From assembly GCA_018969605.1 (NCBI GenBank), contig JAGWXY010000003.1:66-64065 (forward strand): 64,000 bases of DNA, read 5' to 3'. The position numbers and the translations under genes were made by a program. Below are positions 60,333 to 64,000 of the stretch, one piece after another (position 1 is the first letter of the stretch; each line of letters begins with the position of its first letter). The notes under the pieces were generated by a model, which did no database searches, was not told the DNA's origin, and was given only the letters and a program-made list of their open reading frames with translations. The DNA comes from Verrucomicrobiota bacterium. GTDB lineage: Bacteria; Verrucomicrobiota; Verrucomicrobiia; Verrucomicrobiales; Akkermansiaceae.

Positions 60333-61151
60333 TCAGGCAAGAACCGCCCGCTGGATGCGCCCGGAGGACTTGCTCAGGAAACGCCGCGCCAAAGTTTCAA
60401 ACTCCTCCGACAAGTCGGTGAGGTGGATCTCAAGGGTCCCTTCGCGCTCCTGATCATTGAGCATGTCAAGGCGCAGCAATTCCTGCTTGAGATGCTCGGC
60501 ACAGGTCGTGGCGCTGTCGACCAATCGGATGCCATCGGGCAACAAGCGTCGCAAGACCGGAACCAGCAAGGGGTAATGCGTGCAGGCAAGCATCAGAGTA
60601 TCGATGTCCTTCTCAATGAGCGGCTCAAGATAGGTTTTGAGAATGAGCTCTGCCGCAGGGTGATCGATCCAATCCTCCTCAACGATTGGCACCAGCAAGG
60701 GCGCGGGCTGCGCGTGAATGATCAAACCCGTGCGCTTCAATGCCAAGGCATGCTGATAGGCATGCGAACGAACCGTGCCGCGCGTGGCAATGATCCCTAC
60801 CCGCCCGGCTGCCGGATCGCTCAGCGCCGATTCGACACCGGCCTCGATCACGCCAATCACGGGCAGATCAAAATTTTCCCTGAGCATCGGCAGGGCGTGC
60901 GCGGTGGCGGTGTTGCAGGCGACGACGATGGCTTTGACCCCGCGCCCGACCAAAAACTTCGCATCCTCCTGCGCAAAACGCCGGATCGATTCCGGGCTTT
61001 TCGAGCCGTAGGGCAAACGCGCGGTATCGCCGAGGTACAGGATGTTCTCGCGCGGCAGCAAATCCTGCACCGCACGCACCACGGTGAGGCCTCCCACTCC
61101 CGAATCAAAAAATCCCAATGGCGCCGAGTTCACGCGCCGGATCTTGCCCAT
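60333..61151 (-). CDS. murI: glutamate racemase
   Basis: Start taken at 'MGKIRRVNSAPLGFFDSGVGGLTV'. 'VVACNTA' and 'LACTHYPLL' are the catalytic Cys motifs. Confidence 0.9.
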   Translation of the reverse strand: MGKIRRVNSAPLGFFDSGVGGLTVVRAVQDLLPRENILYLGDTARLPYGSKSPESIRRFAQEDAKFLVGRGVKAIVVACNTATAHALPMLRENFDLPVIGVIEAGVESALSDPAAGRVGIIATRGTVRSHAYQHALALKRTGLIIHAQPAPLLVPIVEEDWIDHPAAELILKTYLEPLIEKDIDTLMLACTHYPLLVPVLRRLLPDGIRLVDSATTCAEHLKQELLRLDMLNDQEREGTLEIHLTDLSEEFETLARRFLSKSSGRIQRAVLA

Positions 61152-61200
61152 TCCACGCCCTCCGACAAGACGGAAGCACGCCTCCAATTGCCAAACCTTC

Positions 61201-61731
61201 TCAAGCTTCGAAAATCAAGCGAAATGCGGCATCCATGCGCGGACGCAACTCAACCGGCAAGTCGATCAATGCCATTCGCTCACGGACCTTCTCCGCATGG
61301 ATCAAACCGGCATCCGACAGAAATTTCACCAAGCTCAGATCCTTCGGCCGCCCCACCAGAATTTTAATTGCACACAGATCATGGGGCTCTAGCGCATGCG
61401 CCTTGTCGGCCCCAGGCACTGGCACCAGACGCTCACGCCAACCGGAAGGAAAAGTATCGACGATGGAGTCACGCATGATGTCCGCATGATAACCATGGCG
61501 CAGATAATAAGAGCGGTTTTCACCAAGAGCCTCATGCCACATCATCGCGACCAATTCATCAAATGGATCCGGGTAAAGGTCGGCATCAAAGGTGGTGGTC
61601 AAAGGCCCCTGGTCTTTTCCCAACTCGGGAAACGATGCCAGCAAGGATGAAGAACCCAACACAATGACCGGTTGGTTTTCCGCAAGCGCTTGTGCGGCCC
61701 TGATGAGGTGCTGAAGCGCGGAGAGATTCAT
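61201..61731 (-). CDS. DUF6036-like nucleotidyltransferase-fold protein (TA-module-like)
   Basis: 176 aa. 'VIVLGSSSLLASFPE...TFDADLYPD...LGENRSYYLRHGYHADIM...FPSGWRERLV...LEPHDLCAIKILVGRPKDLSLVKFL'. I recognise this pattern from memory as the DUF6036 family. Confidence 0.55.
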   Translation of the reverse strand: MNLSALQHLIRAAQALAENQPVIVLGSSSLLASFPELGKDQGPLTTTFDADLYPDPFDELVAMMWHEALGENRSYYLRHGYHADIMRDSIVDTFPSGWRERLVPVPGADKAHALEPHDLCAIKILVGRPKDLSLVKFLSDAGLIHAEKVRERMALIDLPVELRPRMDAAFRLIFEA

Positions 61732-62036
61732 GGGTATGCTGCAATTTTTGAGAACCCGACAAATGGCGAACAGGATTTGATGAGCTCGGCATCATGGTTG
61801 TCCGCCGCAAGAAAATCGAGCAACTCACGCATGCCGGCATCCGAGGCCTGAGCCTCATGGATCCGCCTCCTCCATTCGATCAGCGGCGCGGGGTGCACCC
61901 TTCCCCCAGCCATCCATCGCTCGATGTTGGCCAATGGAATCTCGAGCTCCTCCGGATGATCAGCAAGATACGCCGCAATCCTTCGCCAGTAAACCAAGCG
62001 GTCTTCCCTCATGAAATGATGGTCTTCAGCGGACAT
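61728..62036 (-). CDS. small hypothetical protein, putative partner of the nucleotidyltransferase-fold protein
   Basis: Start taken at 'MSAEDHHFMRE'. 102 aa. Its stop overlaps the downstream start by 4 nt. No recognisable domain. Confidence 0.5.
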   Translation of the reverse strand: MSAEDHHFMREDRLVYWRRIAAYLADHPEELEIPLANIERWMAGGRVHPAPLIEWRRRIHEAQASDAGMRELLDFLAADNHDAELIKSCSPFVGFSKIAAYP

Positions 62037-62140
62037 GGATCGAAGGCAACACACTCAAACTGCGCGCCCGCAGAAAAATGTCAATCTCACGCCCGCCATT
62101 GGGGTTCGACAATCCGACCGACTTGAGGCCTATTCCCGGC

Positions 62141-63292
62141 ATGCCGACCGTCCAAATCAAAAACATCACCTATCACCCGTCGATCTGGCCAAAGATGATC
62201 GGCGAGGCCTCGCGCGACGCGAAGCCGGGTGACCTCGTGCAAGTGCTCGATAAGGATGGCGGCGCATTTGGCTGGGGCCTCTGGAATCCGAAGTCGCGCA
62301 TGCCACTGCGCATCGTGAGCCACGCGAGCGAGGAAATCGACGAATCGTTTTTCGACGATGCGATCCGCCGCGCCGCATCGATGCGCCGCGAAATGCTTGC
62401 ACTCGACGAAACGACCGAGGCCTATCGCGCGATCCATGGCGACGCCGATTTCATGCCCGGCATCGTCGCCGACAAGTTCGCCGATGTGCTCTCGGTGGAA
62501 ATCACCAACCTCGCCGCATGGCAACGCCTGCCACGCTGGATTCCGATCCTTCACGAATGCCTCGACACCCAACGCGTGGTCATCGGCATCGACGCGGAAC
62601 TCGCACGCATCGAAGGCGTCCCCCGCAGCGGCGGCGCTAACTCCGACAATGTCCGCTCGGTAAAAATCCGCGAACACGGCATCCGCTACGAAATCGATTT
62701 CAGCACCGGCCACAAAACCGGCTTCTTCTGCGATCAACGCGACAACCGCAAGCTTTTCGCCTCACACGCCAAAGACCGCTCGGTGCTCGATCTCTGCTGC
62801 TACACCGGCGGCTTCTCAATCTCCGCCGCACTTGCCGGCGCCAGCGATGTGACCGCAGTCGACCTCGACGAAACCGCGATCGAAATGGCCAAACGCAACG
62901 CCAACCTCAACTCAGCACGCGTGAAGTTCACCCACGCCGATGCCTTCACATGGATCCGCACGATGATCGAAAACGGCCGCACTTGGGACCTCGTCATCGC
63001 CGATCCGCCAAAATTCATCCACGGCCGCGAAGACGAAACCGGCATTGCGAAATATGCCGACCTCAACAAGCTCGCTCTCCAACTCGTAAAACCCGGCGGC
63101 ATCTTCGTCACCTGCTCATGCTCCGGCCAACTCGGTGCCGATGACTTCGAGCGCACCGTCATCGCCGCCGCCCACCGCACCAACAGACGCCTCCAGATCA
63201 TCCAGCGCACCGGCGCGGGTGCCGACCACCCGACGCTCTCAAACTACCCGGAATCCCGTTACCTCAAGGTGATCTGGTCGCGCGCGCTTTGA
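62141..63292 (+). CDS. rlmI: class I SAM-dependent rRNA (cytosine-C5) methyltransferase, RlmI-like
   Basis: PUA-like N-terminus ('GDLVQVLDKDGGAFGWGLWNP') and methyltransferase motifs 'VLDLCCYTGGFSI' and 'DLVIADPPKF'. The start could be 62078. Confidence 0.8.
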   Translation: MPTVQIKNITYHPSIWPKMIGEASRDAKPGDLVQVLDKDGGAFGWGLWNPKSRMPLRIVSHASEEIDESFFDDAIRRAASMRREMLALDETTEAYRAIHGDADFMPGIVADKFADVLSVEITNLAAWQRLPRWIPILHECLDTQRVVIGIDAELARIEGVPRSGGANSDNVRSVKIREHGIRYEIDFSTGHKTGFFCDQRDNRKLFASHAKDRSVLDLCCYTGGFSISAALAGASDVTAVDLDETAIEMAKRNANLNSARVKFTHADAFTWIRTMIENGRTWDLVIADPPKFIHGREDETGIAKYADLNKLALQLVKPGGIFVTCSCSGQLGADDFERTVIAAAHRTNRRLQIIQRTGAGADHPTLSNYPESRYLKVIWSRAL

Positions 63293-63332
63293 TTGAAATT
63301 TTCCTGCCAAGAGAGTTTTTCATGCTCAAAAA

Positions 63333-63357
63333 ACACATATACTTGGCACATATACTT
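63333..63357 (+). promoter_or_regulatory. tandem direct repeat in the vapBC promoter region (candidate operator)
   Basis: CACATATACTTG-G-CACATATACTTG, 33-57 nt upstream of the vapB ATG. Each copy contains a TATACT -10-like hexamer. Confidence 0.45.
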
Positions 63358-63389
63358 GACTTTGAAGAGTTCGCTGTCAATTTCCCCCC

Positions 63390-63626
63390 ATGGCCCAACT
63401 CACCATCTATCTCGATGCGGACACGCAGAAAAAAGTCGAGGCCGCCGCCCGCCGCGAATCGGTATCCCTCTCCCGCTGGGCGCGCGACCACCTTGCCCGC
63501 GCCGCCGATCTGGACGATGCGTCGGCATGGAACCACCTCTCGGCATTCACCGGCACGGTCGACAAATCGTTTGCCATTCCCAAGCGCGAAGGCGGACACC
63601 GCGCCATTCCCAATCTCGAAGACTAA
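63390..63626 (+). CDS. vapB: VapB-type antitoxin (ribbon-helix-helix-like)
   Basis: 78 aa. 'MAQLTIYLDADTQKKVEAAARRESVSLSRWARDHL'. Directly upstream of a PIN-domain ORF. Confidence 0.7.
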   Translation: MAQLTIYLDADTQKKVEAAARRESVSLSRWARDHLARAADLDDASAWNHLSAFTGTVDKSFAIPKREGGHRAIPNLED

Positions 63627-63630
63627 GCTC

Positions 63631-64000
63631 GATGTACTGCCTCGACACCAACATCTGGTCCTGCATTTTGCGTCAGCCAAACAAGGCACTGATCCGCAAT
63701 CTCAGTTCCAAAAAAACGGCCGACCTCTGCCTTGCGGAGCTCACACGCGCCGAGTTGCTCTATGGCGCCTTGAGAAGCAGCAAAGCCACTCACCTGCGCC
63801 AACGCATCAACGATCTCCTCTCACCCTACGCCCACTTGCCCTTCGGTGGTGAGGCTGCCGAGCATTATGCCGACATCCGCATGCGTTTGAAAAAAGCCGG
63901 CAAACCGATCAGCCCCAACGATCTCATCATCGCCGCCACCGCAAGAGCCGCCGGCGCGACATTGGTGACCGCCAAGCTCCGGGAATTCTCGCGTGTACCC
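63631..64000 (+). CDS. vapC: PIN-domain toxin VapC (3' end beyond window)
   Basis: My own translation from the ATG at 63631: 'MYCLDTNIWSCILRQPNKALIRNLSS...AELTRAELLYG...ISPNDLIIAATARAAGATLVTAKLREFSRVP'. The acidic residues (D5, E, D) sit at PIN-typical spacing. No stop before the window end, so it is absent from the ORF track. Confidence 0.75.

Overview
GC-rich chromosomal segment with about 60 protein genes and two tRNAs, tRNA-Ser(CGA) at 31879-31965 (-) and tRNA-Lys(CUU) at 42484-42559 (+). I found no rRNA, CRISPR array, transposase or integrase. Most genes are recognisable housekeeping: purL, purU, pfk, eno, aroB, trpA, ilvE, lysA, ribBA, nadD, ctaA, glmS/glmM, murI, ruvB, recQ, polX, mcsA-mcsB-clpC, cdaA, rlmI and dus. 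A long-form GreA and PATR-like repeat proteins suggest a PVC / Verrucomicrobia-like organism; this is inference only. Accessory content: a lower-GC two-partner-secretion island (10.4-13.3 kb), three to four toxin-antitoxin-like pairs (BrnTA, a DUF6036-like nucleotidyltransferase pair, VapBC running off the right edge), a decayed AT-richer stretch after recQ (54.27-54.94 kb), and a dispersed intergenic repeat at three convergent gene ends. The strongest anomaly is an exactly in-frame 738-bp insertion inside purL (6488-7234). It has foreign composition, is bounded by codon-aligned 9-bp direct repeats, and encodes a small kinase-like domain. Second is an operon pairing a Cache-HAMP class III cyclase-homology protein with an MscS channel carrying a cNMP-binding-like domain (42715-46288). 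Both the cyclase catalytic residues and the nucleotide-binding cassette look degenerate. All calls rest on reading the supplied translations and the DNA by eye; no searches were run.
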